Positions 1-47,675 of a stretch of DNA of 64,000 nt are shown piece after piece. Origin of the DNA: Amoebidium appalachense (Eukaryota > Protista > Ichthyosporea). Every line of letters begins with the position of its first letter. Position 1 is the stretch's first letter. The stretch is taken from assembly GCA_963693365.1 (NCBI GenBank), contig CAVNZM010000016.1:4893149-4957148 (forward strand), given 5' to 3'. Under the pieces are notes generated by a model. It ran no database searches and was not told the origin of the DNA. It was given only the letters and a program-made list of their open reading frames with translations. The position numbers and the translations under genes were made by a program.

Positions 1-335
1 TTTGAAGATCATGTCACTGAGCCGCCAGTGGTTGCTTTAGAGGGGTCACCCGCAACCGGTAAATATGTGTAAATATATGTAGTATATGGTGTAAATATTC
101 GGCGAATCAACGAATATATGTAACTTAATAAATCTCATACAACTTGTAGGCGACCCCTCTTTGGGGCTACCAGCAGTGCCATCTTTAGAAGATTTTCGAC
201 TGGGCTTCAACACGTGGACGACCTTGGCTACGAACATACACCCCAGGCCGATGATTTATCGTTGCAATCGGTCGAGTATTACAGTCTTGTAACAGTTGTC
301 ACGCAACGGTGTGTGCAATACTTCGGGATTCCTTG
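1..335 (+). CDS. Possible 3' end of an unidentified gene (exon to 58, GT-AG intron 59-149, terminal exon from 150)
   Basis: Open frame FEDHVTEPPVVALEGSPAT ends at G|GTAAAT. An AT-rich 91-nt intron ending TTGTAG follows, then a stretch with two open frames. No recognisable motif; frame and stop are uncertain. Confidence 0.3.
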
Positions 336-473
336 AAAGTGGTGCGTGCCACACATGTGTCAAACGCCTTTCTGTGTGTTTGTGTTTGTCAGCGAGAGAG
401 AGAGAGTCAGAGAGAGAGCCCCTCGGACAGGGGGTCGGGGAGAGAGCCTCGCGGGGCAGGGGGGGGGGGGGGG

Positions 474-794
<321 letters not shown>

Positions 795-798
795 TTGG

Positions 799-1230
799 AG
801 GGCCCAACCACATCGGCTGAGTCAACATGCTCCGAGCAGAATTGTTCTGCAAACTAGCAGAATTATTCTGTAAAAAGCAGAAGAATTCAGCTAAAAGCAG
901 AATTATTCAGCAAAAGCAGAATTATTCAGCAAAAGCAGAATCAATCTGCTAGAAGCAGATTTATTCCGCCAAAAGCAGCATTATTCCGCTAAAAGCAGGA
1001 TCATTCTGCTGTTGAAAGCAGATTAATTCTGCCTTTTGCGGAATAATTCTGCTAAAAGCAGAGTGATTCTGCTTTTGCGGAATAATTCTGCGAAAAGCAG
1101 AATAATTCTGCTTAAGGTAGAGTGGTAATTCTGCTTTTTGCAGAATAATTATGCTTTTTGCAGAATAATTCGGCTTCTGCATGATAATTCTGCTTTGTGC
1201 AAGTTGACTCTGCCGATGTGGCTGGGGCCT
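799..1230. mobile_element. MITE / foldback-like non-autonomous DNA transposon with 6-bp TSD
   Basis: Left end AGGGCCCAACCACATCGGCTGAGTCAACATGC matches the reverse complement of the right end, AGGCCCCAGCCACATCGGCAGAGTCAACTTGC. TGTTGG is duplicated on both flanks (793-798, 1231-1236). The interior is an array of ~20-bp quasi-palindromic AAAAGCAGAATTATTCTGC units. Confidence 0.85.
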
Positions 1231-1454
1231 TGTTGGGGGAAGGGGGGGGGGGGGGGGGGGGGGGGGGAGGGGGGAGGGGGGGGGGGGGGGGGGGGGGGAT
1301 TAGGCGGGAATGAGGTTTGAGGTATATTTTTTGAATTTAAAGAATATTGTAATTGATGTGCAGCACTGTGGCACAAGAGTGACCAATAAAGGTCGCCGAG
1401 AAGGCCGGTGGTGTTACAGGTGGGGTCCCCTCACATGCATGGGCACAAACGAGT

Positions 1455-1534
<80 letters not shown>

Positions 1535-2473
1535 CGTCACGACATTGTCACAATATGTACATTTTTGTGTACAGGACTTAGTGGGCTCCTAATAAATCAA
1601 AAAAAAAAAAAAAAAAAAAAAAAAAGGAATATAAACAGCTGGGAAATTACCCCCCAAGAGTGCCAAATGGTTTCGAAATCACGTCGCACCTCAGCGGCAT
1701 GTGTGTGTGTGTGTGCACGTGTGCATGGGGGGGGAGGGGGGAAGGGGCCCCAGGGGGGGGGGGGGGGGGGGGGGAAGGGGATCTAATAGCACTTTAGTAA
1801 AAAACCCACAGGCGTATGCAGTGGGTGCAGAGCATTAGGCGAAAGCTCATATACAGTCGACTGTCACATATCACACTGCCGTAAATTTAAAGGTCAAATT
1901 CGTGAGATGTGATTGGACTAAATCAAAAGCAAAAACTTGCCCCGATTTGTCAATGGTTGGCAGGCAGGCGCCTGCCGGTAGTTTACTTGCTCCATGTCAT
2001 GGGTAGGTGTTGCCGTTTAGTGTTATTGCCTATGAGTCTCAGAGTCTAATCGGTTATGATTTTGCGTTATCGCTAAGATCACCTGCCCTGCAGGCAAATA
2101 GTATACATAAACATATATCTTATTGTAATTTATGCCATCAGGGCCTATATATTTCCTTAAATCTAGCCAGTCAAAGTTAGATATACGCGATACAACTACA
2201 GTAAGATATAAACTGAACAAGTGATACACACGATCTTAGTGAGACATACAGAACATAAGTAAGATATACGGCATATGAATAACATATATTTAGTAAGGTA
2301 TATGTAGGGCCCCCTTTCGTAAAAACGGGTTTTGGAGTTTCCTTATATCATAATGGAACAGAGATGCACGGCAAATAAGTAAGAAATACGTGAGATACAT
2401 GGTATATACGGGATATAGTATAAAGAAAGAAAATGTATCTAATAGATAGTATGAAGAAAATACACACAACGGG

Positions 2474-3925
2474 TCATTCAAACAACTGTATATGGCACGG
2501 TCTACAGTAGTATTTACCCTCCTTCTCCAAATGGTTTGTAGTCACCAGGTTCTTAGCGCACCTATTGCAGTTGAAGTGTTCCTTGTGGAAGTGTTTCCCT
2601 CCCAGTGCCGTGACGTATGCTCCAAATAGCGGTTGGTTGCACTGTGTGCACAGAGTACCCCGTCTCTGTGTTTTTTGGTGTGGGCGAGCCGGAGTCAGAA
2701 TATGATCCCCCCCCCCCCCCCCCCCCCCCCCCCTCCCCCCTCCTCCCCCCCTTCGCTTTTGGTGTGAATGAGCAAGAGTCCGAACATGATCCCCCCCCCC
2801 CCCCCCCCCCCCCCCCCCTCTTCCCTTTCTCGTTGAACACTCGGTATCCAGTAAGAAAAAGAAAAAATTGGGATGTCTCCTGATCCCCCTCCCCCCCCCT
2901 CCCCCCCCCCCCCTCTCCCTCCCTTCTCGGTCAACACACAAAAAAAGTTAAAAAAAAATAAAGAAAAGACTGGGATGTTTCAACACCCCCCATCATCACC
3001 ACCACCACCAACAACAGCAAAACACACACACGCACGCACACTCAGGTGGCGGAACATATCAAACTGAAAAAACTGAAAAACTGAAAGCTGTTTTTCCTGT
3101 GTGTTCTTCAGGGTATGAGTCAGTGTATGTGCCTTTGTGCATGTGTTTTGGGACATGGGAAGTGTGTGTGTGTGTGTGTGTCTGTGTGTGTTGAGTGAGT
3201 GAGTGAGTGAGTGTGTGTGTGTGTGCGCGCACACACACCTGTGTGCATTAAGGTTGAGTGTGCGTGTGTGTGTGTTCGGGGGGGGAAGGGGGGGGGGGGG
3301 GGGGAGGGAGGGAGGGGGTTGGGATGGTGAAAAAAATAAACAAAGCAGATATAAATACAAAACGAAACAAAAAGGGGGCAACACACACACATCCGTCCTT
3401 AAACAACCACATGTGCATACATAACCGACCGAAGAAGAAGGAGGGGAGGGGGGAGGGAGACGGAGGGGGAGGGGGAATATCACCAAAAACAGTACATAAC
3501 CATAAGAGACCAAAGGCAATGAACGTGAAACACCAACTCGTGGTTACGCCAAAATTTTAATAAGAAAGGGAAATTTCACCTTGTGGTGGTCGAATTGGCA
3601 CAGAAAATCCCCGTCGGCTTCGACAAATTCATCCGTGAGGGGGGTTTTACAGTCTTTGCACCGGAAGCAATCCGGGTGAAAAAAAATCCCCACTGCCTCC
3701 AGCGACTCACCCTGTAGAACCCCCTTACATCCAAAACATTTTGAAGCAAAAATGTTGTTGAAATCATCTTCGCAGTATGCCTGAATGGTGGGCAAGGATC
3801 AGTGAAATGTTCATTCCTCTCACCCCCCTCTTTCCCCCCATATCTCCCAGTAACGGCCGTGGTTGGTGTGTGTGGGTGCGCTTTTGTTGGTGTGTGTTTG
3901 TGTGTGTGTGTGTGTGTCTGTGTCT

Positions 3926-4020
<95 letters not shown>

Positions 4021-6436
4021 CGTGTGCGTGTGTGTGTGTGTGGGGGGGGGGAGGGAAGGGGGAAGAGAGGGGAGAACAGATTGCATTATAGAGGAATTCA
4101 TTCATAACGGAGAACAGAATGCAGAGTGGGGGCTGGGGGGAGAGGGGGGAAGGGGGGGGAATGGGGTCCTTAGTAGCAAAAGGGTGGGGGGGGGGGGGGG
4201 GGGGGGAGGGGAGGGGAGGGGGGGGGGGGGGGGGGGGGGGGGGGTAGTTCCAGGAGGAAGAGGGGAGGCAGTGCCGTGACAGTCGACTAACCAAAAAATC
4301 GACGTCCAACATATTGACCCTAAAACATGCCACCCATTGTTTTCAGAGGCTGGAAAATCTCTTGCGTGTGTGTGGGCACAGGGGCGCTCATGTGTATGTC
4401 ATATCCAGGATGTGCATGTGCCCAGCCGCCCGTGTGTGGTGTGCGTATGTGTGCGTGTGTGTGCGTGCGTGCGTGTGTGCGTGAACCTGTGCGTGCGCAA
4501 GCGTGTACATGGACACGGTGTGTGTGCATGTGTGTGTATGCGCGCGTATACGTGTGCGTGGTAAGTGTGCGAGAGCATCTATGCTGAACGTGTAGTGGAC
4601 CCCCGTCAGAAGCGGGAGGTGGGGGGTTAAGACGGTGGAGAGGAGGAGGGGGGGGGGGGGGGGGGGGTTATACCTCTCCCTCATGTTCGACAAAAACCCC
4701 ATCAGGAAATTCGTTCCCGCACTGCTTGCACACGAAATGTTCCGGATGCCACACCCTGCCCAGAGCACTAAGACATCCGTCTGTGATTGGTTCGTTGCAG
4801 TGTGCGCACAGGGTGCCAGTTACCACCCCGTAGTGCACGCTGCAATATGATTGGCCGTCGTGCTCGTAGAAGCCGGTGGCTTCTGGGTCGTTCTGTGTGC
4901 AAATGTGTGTGTGTGTGTGTGTGTGTGTGTGGAGGGGGGAGGGCGGGGGGAAAGGGGGGGGGAGGGGGGGGGGGGGGGGGGGAGGGGCGAGAGAGAGGGA
5001 GGTGGGGTGGGAAGGGGGGAGGGGGGGAGGGGGAGGGGGGGGAGGGGGGGAGTGTGTGTAGGGGGGCGCAAGAGAGAGAGAGAGAGAGTGTGTGTGTGCG
5101 TGCGTGCGTGCACGTGCGGAGGTGAGGGGGGAGGGGTGTGCGTGTGTGTGTTAGAATGCTTTATAGAGTACAAAATATACATTCATAACGGACAACACAA
5201 TGCGAGTTGCAATTTTACACATAATTGGGATGCAAATTATTAGAGCTCAACCTCAGGGACACATTGATGCGGGCCCAATGATTCCGGGAAAGCTATTCTA
5301 AAAATTCTTGGGTCGGGTCAGACTAAAAGATCATGCATTTGAACCACCGAATACCGAGCAAAAGAGTGTTAAGATCGCTGATTGATTTGAAGCTCGACTG
5401 TATTATTCAATCGCAGAATCCAACCAATCAGAAAGTACTTTGCTATCATGAGCCACTCTTGTGTGAGCGAAAATGAGATGACGGCGGCGCCGCATTTGCT
5501 GACCCGCCCGAGACCATCTGATTGGTTGAAAGTGAAAGCAGGGGTAAATTCTAGGCTCTTTTCTCAGCAGAAGTAACAAGTTGAAAACACATCCAGAGGC
5601 ATACATATTGCCTCACAAAAGTTCTTTTTCATCTCTTCTTTTATAAGGGACAAATTGAAGTAGTTTCACCCGATTGATTTGCATGAAATCGAATTTCTTC
5701 TTTCTACCATCTGATCATGCTTTGCAGACCGCCAAAACTGTGCTGGCTTGAGAGCCGCACAGCTCGCAGCGGTTCGTTGCCAAGGTTTTTAAAAGTCTGT
5801 TCCGTTACGCACGTGCCACGACCTAACCATGTTGGCAGGTTGGTTTTTAAACGTCGTTAATGGGCAGAACAACCAATAAGTGATTGTCTTAAAGTAAAAA
5901 TATATTGCCTGGCTCACAGTTAAGGCCACTTTTTCTTATTGGGCTGACTTTGTGCTTATATTCATGGTATTGAGATTAACGTTTACCCCCCCCCTCTACA
6001 TAAAACTGTAGATCGTGTATCACAGAGTAAAACTAGAGATGATGGAAAAAACAAAACAAGAAAGTACCCCAAAACAAAAGTGTAAGGAGTATGTTAATCT
6101 TAAAAAAATGGTTTGAAGCTATTTCTGTAATAATTTTATAATCTTTTTAGAGTTTTTCTCAAGAAACACGAACTCGCCTAGGAAAAGAAAATTTTAATGA
6201 GCGATGCAAAATGGCCCCATAACGAGATCAGCTTTCCCGGAATCATTTGGCCCGCATCAGTGTGGGAGTGCCCAAAGCATCCATGGTACCCGAGTTCGAA
6301 CCGTTCGCCTTTCCGGGAGGCAGGAGGGCGGGGGGAGGGAGGGAGGGAGGGGGGGGGGGGGGGAGGGTAGACGGGCAGGTGTGTGTGTGTGGGGGGGGGG
6401 GGGGGGGGGGGGAGGGGGGAGGGGGAATAGACGGGC

Positions 6437-6471
<35 letters not shown>

Positions 6472-6633
6472 AAGGAGAGGGGGGGGGGGGGGGGGGGAGG
6501 GAGGGAGGGCGGGGGGATAATTACCTCGGAACACAGAATACATATTTCAGTGTCTTGAGCCAGATCGATTGAGCCTCTGCAGTTGCACACGTTAGATCTT
6601 GCACGGTGGGGTGGGGATGTGGGGCACAGGGGT

Positions 6634-6707
<74 letters not shown>

Positions 6708-6806
6708 GGCGGGAGGCGAGGGGGGGAGGGTCCGGAAACCAGATATAACCGAAACCGGTGTTGGTGGATTCGCCAACAAAGTACACATTCGTGCCAACCC
6801 CCCCCC

Positions 6807-6860
<54 letters not shown>

Positions 6861-7514
6861 AACTAAAAAGGAAAAAAGAGAGGAAAAAAAAGGGCAAAAA
6901 AAAAAACAACAAAAAAAACCCCCCTCTCACCTTCGTCACTTTTCTCGAACGACATTCTTCCTTCTTCTCGACCAAAATTGTTTCTAATCCGTGCCTTTTG
7001 CGCACACACACCGCTTAATTATCAAAGAGACCCACACAACCATGAGACAATCACACGAATCGTGTCTGAAACCTTTCTCCTGCCTCCTTCCCCCTCTTCT
7101 TCTCCTTCCCCGCCCTCCCCTTCCCTCTTCGTTCTCCCTACGTGCGCCTATCTGGCTGTTGTCTCTCTTGTTTCCCACACACACCGAATACAGACCGTAC
7201 TCATTTTGCATGCATGAATCGACACACATACACACACACACAAAGGTATACACACAAGCACACACACACACACATACACACACACACAAGGGTATACACA
7301 CAAGCACACACACACACACATACACATACACACAAGGGTATACACACAAGCAAACACACACACACATACACACACACACAAGGGTATACACACAAGCACA
7401 CACACACACACATACACACACACACAAGGGTATACACACAAGCACACACACACAAGGGTATACACACAAGCACACACACACACACATACACACACACACA
7501 AGGGTACACACACA

Positions 7515-7547
<33 letters not shown>

Positions 7548-8240
7548 GGGTATACACACAAGCACACACACACACACATACACACACAAGGGTATACACA
7601 CAAGCACACACACACACACATACACACACACACACAAGGGTATACACACAAGCACACACACACACACATACACACACACACAAGGGTATACACACAAGCA
7701 CACACACACACACACATACACACACACACAAGGGTATACACACAAGCACACACACACACACATACACACACACACAAGCACACACACACACACATACACA
7801 CACACACAAGGGTATACACACAAGCACACACACACACATACACACACACACAAGGGTATACACACAAGCACACACACACACACATACACACGCACACAAG
7901 GGTATACACACAAGCACACACACACACACATACACACACACACAAGGGTATACACACAAGCACACACACACAAGGGTATACACACAAGCACACACACACA
8001 CACATACACACACACACAAGGGTATACACACAAGCACACACACACACACACAAGGGCAAAAACACAAACACACACACACACACATACACACACACAAGGG
8101 TATACACACAAGCACACACACACACACATACACACACACACAAGGGTATACACACAAGCACACACACACACACATACACACACACACAAGGGTATACACA
8201 CAAGGGTATACACACAAGGGTATACACAAGCACACACACA

Positions 8241-8272
<32 letters not shown>

Positions 8273-8793
8273 AAACACCCGCCAACCCACCCGCCCACAC
8301 ACACCTGTGTTCTTGCTCGGGCACACCCCCAGCATCCAAAGTTGCAACACCTGCATCAGTCACGGGTCAATTTATGTCCATCCCCCCCCCCCCCTCCCCC
8401 CCCCCCACACACACACACATACACACCCCACCCCCCCACCAGCCCCTCCCCCAACCCCCCCCCCCCCCCCCAAAAAAAAAAAACAAAAAAAAACAAAACA
8501 AAACCAAAAAAAAAAAACCACATTCCCCCCCACCACCACCCAATTTGGCTTGGTGGTCAAGCAGCAACTGGATTAATATCTCACTATCCCTCTTCCCCCT
8601 CCCCCCTCCTCCCCCCCCCCCCCCCCCCCCCCCCCCTTCCCCCCGCCCTCTTCCGAATCCCTTCCCCCTTCCCCCCCTCTTCCCCCTTCCCCCACGCCAC
8701 ACACAGAAACACAATGGTACCCGAATGCTGCAAGTCGTGTGCTTAAACAGGTGTCACGTAAACATGCAAATTGAGCTCTGTGCTCAAGCCCGC

Positions 8794-8836
<43 letters not shown>

Positions 8837-9338
8837 CAGGTGTGCCCCTGAACATGCACTGTGTGTGCAAGTGAGTATGAGCTTGTGTGTTCTATGTGTA
8901 TGTTTTTGTGTGCATTATTAGTTCTATGAGTGTATGTATTGTTTTGGGGTAGGTACGTACACACAGTCTGTGTGTACGTAAGGCGCTCAAAAAAATATTG
9001 ACCATGAGCCCCTTCCACCTCATTCCCCCTCCCCTCCCCCCCCCCCCCCCCCCCCCTTTCCCCTCTTCCCCCCGGCCCCCTTCCCCCTCTCCCACCTGCT
9101 ACCCTCTACATCTAGCCTGCCCCTGTCCCCTGTGCATCTGTTCGTGTGCTTGTGTGTATGTCGAGGGTGTGCATTATAGTGTTTTCGAGGCAGTTAAGCG
9201 ACCTGGTATGTGTGTGGGAACACAGCTATTGTCAACGCGAGTCAACCCTCGACGTACCTTTTTCAGAGCTTTTGGGCTCTCCTTCTTTCAGAGACTCTCT
9301 CAGTTTCGAGTCCTTCAAAAGGTCGGCAAGCAATTCAT
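2474..9338 (-). CDS. PXN: Paxillin-family LD-motif/LIM-domain adaptor (spliced; 5' end not resolved)
   Basis: In-phase GT-AG exons: 6597-6525, 4892-4674 (NDPEATGFYEHDGQSYCSVHY..CAHCNEPITDGCLSALGRVWHPEHFVCKQC..FVEHEGE), 3780-3580 (AYCEDDFNNIFASKCFGC..FHPDCFRCKDC..LCQFDHHK) and 2665-2474 (RRGTLCTQC..FHKEHFNCNRC..YCRPCHIQLFE*). These give tandem C-terminal LIM domains with paxillin-like linkers. Upstream exon 9338-9258 encodes DELLADLL, an LD motif. A candidate exon lies at 6994-6931, but the connecting exons and start codon could not be fixed. Confidence 0.8.
5260..6264. mobile_element. ~1-kb non-autonomous DNA transposon (35-bp TIRs starting CAC, 3-bp TSD GGA) in a paxillin intron
   Basis: 5260-5294 CACATTGATGCGGGCCCAATGATTCCGGGAAAGCT matches the reverse complement of 6230-6264, CACACTGATGCGGGCCAAATGATTCCGGGAAAGCT, at 33/35 positions. 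GGA lies on both flanks. The interior is AT-rich, microsatellite-free and has no transposase-sized ORF. Confidence 0.8.
7220..8240. repeat. Minisatellite, ~40-44-bp unit (CA)n-CATACACACACACACAAGGGTATACACACAAG
   Basis: More than 20 visible AAGGGTATACACACAAG anchors separated by variable (CA)n. This is the source of the spurious 400-600 aa ORFs. Confidence 0.95.
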
Positions 9339-10339
9339 CTGCAACCCCACAACCATATAAGCGCTCGTGAGTCATCCACTGTCCAGCGGTGAAGGGAGGA
9401 TGGCGGGGGGACGAGTGGGTGGGTGGTTGTGGTGGTGGTGGTGGTGGTGGTGGTGGTGGGGGGGGGGGGGGGGGGGGGGGGGAAGGGAGGAGAAAAGGAG
9501 GGACTGACAGGGGGGCGAGGGATTGGAGGGAGGGGGAGGGGGGGAGGGGAGGGGAAGGGGAGGGGAGGGGGGGGGGGGGGGGGGGGGGGGAGGGGGGAGG
9601 GAGGGGAAAGGGGGGGAAGGGCGTGCAGTGGTAGCGGGGAGAAAGAGGAAGAGGCCGGTGGGCAGGTGCGTGGCTGGTGGTGGTGGTGGCAAATGGGTGG
9701 AGAGTGGAGGGGGGGAGGGGAGGGGGAGAGGGGGGGGGGGGGGGGGGAGGAGGGGGAGGCGGAGAGGCAACAAAAATGGAATGCCAAACACTCCACCCCG
9801 AGGCCTTCATCGTGAAAAAGGTTAAGAGTAAATGGGCAGACGAGGGTAGGAGGGAAGACAGCACTTTCCAGCATCAAGTAGCTGATAACTAATGCAGGAC
9901 ACGGGGGAACAGAGAGATTAATAAAAGGGGAGACTAGAGAGAACCCATTACCAATTGCTCCATTTTTTGTGTAGGTTGGAAGAACGAGAGTGTTTGGCTT
10001 TTCGTTTACACACGAGTGAATCAGTCTGGGTCTTCGACTCGAACCCCCCCCCCCCCCAAAAAAAAAAAAAAAAAAAGGGCAATCGACGGAGAACACGATG
10101 ATTGGCTATACATCACGACGCCCACAAGCCGGATTTCAGACAAGATCTTCCTCGAGTCAAAAGGTTTTGAAAGTATTTTTCGGTCTTGTGTACACTTGCA
10201 AGGCTTGCACTGAAAATATTGATTATACTGCCAGAAAAATTTTCAACTAGATAGTTTACAGTGGCAGGGCCACGTAACTTGATATAAAGACGGGTTATGA
10301 GCTTGCCACTGAAGCAAGGGTTGGTCATACGTTATCTAC

Positions 10340-44388
<34,049 letters not shown>

Positions 44389-47300
44389 TTGGCCGGAACC
44401 TAACTTTTCAACCCATGGTGTTGTAAAATTTATAATGACAGTGTAAATGTTGGCGGACATTTGGCCGATGCACTGCCTTCTGTTACTGTCGGGATAACTA
44501 TTATAGGTCAACGGTTGTTGGTGTATGGTAAGTAATATGAGATCATGGAACTTGAGTCGCGTGGATAGCTTAGAAAGCTTCTGAAGGATGATGGGACTAA
44601 CGAGTATTTGTGGATTCTTTTTTGGGGAGAAGGGGGTAAGGGGAGAGGTGGGGTGGGGGGGGGGGCGAGCGGGGTGGGGGGGGAGGGGGGGATTTTCATC
44701 TTGGCTTCTTTTGGTCTTCTCGAGTTTGTGGTCAGGCGCCCCTTCAAGGCGCTCTAATCCGGTTGTTAAAAAACCGATATCTTCAACTCTTGCTTGTTGT
44801 TGTTGCTCATTATGCACGTTTTAAATGTATAAGGTTCTGTTTAGAGACCTGTTTGGTTTGACATCGTCAAAATGTGTACGATATTTGAGTGGTTAGATTA
44901 CACGAGCAAATTGTGATTTGTGGTTAAGTCATTATATGATTTCTCCGCAGTAGCTGTCACTTCAGCGTATATGTTGGTATACGATAGAATTATGTAGTTG
45001 TAGCACATGGAACCACGGAGCTTAGAATCCGAATTAGATATACAGATTTTTCAAATTTACCTCTGGGCGAGATATACCATTTCGGTCTGATCGAAGATTA
45101 CTATCTCGCCTGGTTTGGACAGCTGTATTTCATGTTGCATTGCCGCGTACAGAATAGACAGTCGTTGTTGTTCTTTCAACTTTTAGATGATGTCAATGCA
45201 CAACGAATAAAGCTAGCATCGAGGTTGGCAGCCGTATGGGTGAATATGTACCCCCCCTCCCCCCCCTCTCTCCCCCCTCCAAGAAAATTTCAAAGGCTGT
45301 TAGGATCCGGAGCACTGCTCTTGGGTTGTGTTTTTTTTATCGTGGTTGTAGTGTGTGGTTGACACAGGAGAAACGATGGTAGTCGTTATGCAGTTCTTTC
45401 GTCGTCGAGCAAATAAGTCGATAGTGAAAGGGATACACCTTCACAAGAGTACACACAAGACTGTCAATCTGAAGACGGAGAAGAAAGAAAACTTTGAAGA
45501 AACGAAAAAACACCAGGAAAAAAAGTTTCAAGCTTCAATCACAGACTATCACATGTGTGCTCTTGAGTAATTACAGAATCTATCTGACCACCATTGTCGT
45601 GTTTCATACCTTTTATATACGCTTGTGTCCAAATTGGTGTGGAATTTGGAGCAAATTCGCACATGGGAAAAGTTGCATGCGAAAAGCACTTTGATCAATG
45701 AATGAGGCTACGTGCACGATGACGCGCTGCGGCTTGAGTTGAATTTTGACAAGCCAGCACCTGGTGCTGAAGCTCAATATATATGGACAGATTCTATGGC
45801 GTATACGTACACGCGTAGTATGGGATGGCATGGTGGCGTGGGTGAGTGCGCACGTGTCCGGATCCGTGCACATGTTCCGTCACATAATAATCAGCTACTG
45901 AGAACTCTGGCCATAACGGATGCATATATTTATAAAGCAAAAAAAAAAGTAGGAATATGCATATATCCCTTGATCACTCGCTTTCGAATTCATATTGCCC
46001 TATGTGTATGGTCGACATCCCAGGGCTGTGGGAGACTCCTGACACAGTGTGCGTGTGTCGCCTGTCAGTGTTGAGTAGACTTAAATTGGCGCGAAAGGTT
46101 GACCAATTGATATGTAGAGCGGCACCAAAAATAGCCGGCCGGCTGCCGACCGGTGCGGCGCCTACAGTACACAGACATGTTACCGACTTCCCTAAATCAA
46201 CCTCCAAAGCTTGTTACAATAATATATATATATATATATATATACAAAATTTCACTAATATTTAATTCCACCGTTCTTGGTTTTTTATTCATGATTTTGT
46301 AAGTGAACAGTACTCAGTGTAGTTTTGGACTCCGGAGGAAGAGGTTTGAGCCACAATGCCGGTAGGGTTGCGACAGTTTTTACATATGCGGTAAGGGCTA
46401 TGATTGGTAGCTGATAGTGTAGTTAGACTTTTAAGGTATATTATTGGCAGGTATATAAATAAAATCCAATCATGCTTTGTGTTTATCATGTACTTGCTTT
46501 AGCGCCGTTTACTCCGGGATTCGGGATTTTGTAGTGACTGTATACACCGGCTGTCAAGTGAATTTATTAAAACCGCCGAGACTTATTTTAATCTCAGTAT
46601 CTTGTTTACTAAGCTTGGCACTAATCTTGATTTCTCAAGATGCTGCGAGCAATATTACCGAATTGAGGATTGGACACTCCGCAGAAACGGGACGTTTGAA
46701 CTCCAAGTGACTAGCATAGCATTCCGACACGCACATTTCCCGTTGAAGGGGGGCAAACTCTTTTTTGTGACAGCACACACACACACACTGGGCCATATTT
46801 CGCTAATATTATAAAGACAAGGAAGCATTATTCCTATTTATACGCCCAAAGAAGCTTAATTTACTTATTCAAGCCATATGCACAGTTTGCCTTTCCTGAG
46901 ATGCCACTGATTTGGCGGCCTGGCATTCTAAATGACAAGTCATTTACCCCTCCTTGGAGTCTTAACAAAACTTCAGCGATTGGTGTTTCAGTATTTCATC
47001 ACTAAGGTCAATAAGCACGCCTGATCCATCCCAGATACAAAGTATTAAAATCCTTAACTTGAAATAGCGTGTAGGGCAGCTGTTTGCAATGTTACTGTAC
47101 CAAGACAGCCCACACCAAGTTTGTTAAACTAATCGTGATATAAAGTTCTAAATACGGTGATGCAGAAACACCGATGCTTTTTTTATGACATGGTGTGTTT
47201 TTTGCTCAGTAATAGCCACAGTACCTGCTGCTTTATCATCGGAGTCACGACCGCCAGTGTTAAAAATGTTTGAAACGTTTAACGATCTAACTGGCTCATA

Positions 47301-47675
47301 TCAATCGCCGCTTTTCCTAACTACATCATCAGTTTTGCCGGGACGCGAACAGAAAAGCAGCCCGCCATTGACAAACGGTTCAGTTGTGGCTCACCCCTCA
47401 CGAGCCGGAATGAGTTTCACTCACGACCGCACGAAGTCTGGAAAAGCAACTGAACGGTTCATGAGAGTAATGGTTGTGTCGGTTACTGTATACGCAGTGT
47501 TTTGGCGCGAAAATCTTGAACTTACTCATTACATATTATCAGTTAGACTTACCTATTGACTCTACGTAACAACACTTAAGATAGCTTCAAAGTTTAAAGT
47601 GGCAGTGACTTTTTTCCTACGCTAGCGGTGTGGGTGGTAAGTTGTCTATGATATTTGGGGGGTTTACGCTGTTTA

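Noticed and set aside
1854-4288. Inverted 13-bp match AGTCGACTGTCAC around the last paxillin exons
   Set aside because: Too short and without a TSD. Insufficient to claim a gene-capturing transposon.
6984-8874. Long ORFs (up to 627 aa) rich in HT/CV dipeptides
   Set aside because: These are translations of a stop-free (CA)n minisatellite, open in several frames on both strands.
44900-47560. Short ORFs in the microsatellite-poor intergenic region
   Set aside because: No recognisable motifs, consistent exon chain or terminal repeats. It may hold degraded elements, but nothing is supportable.
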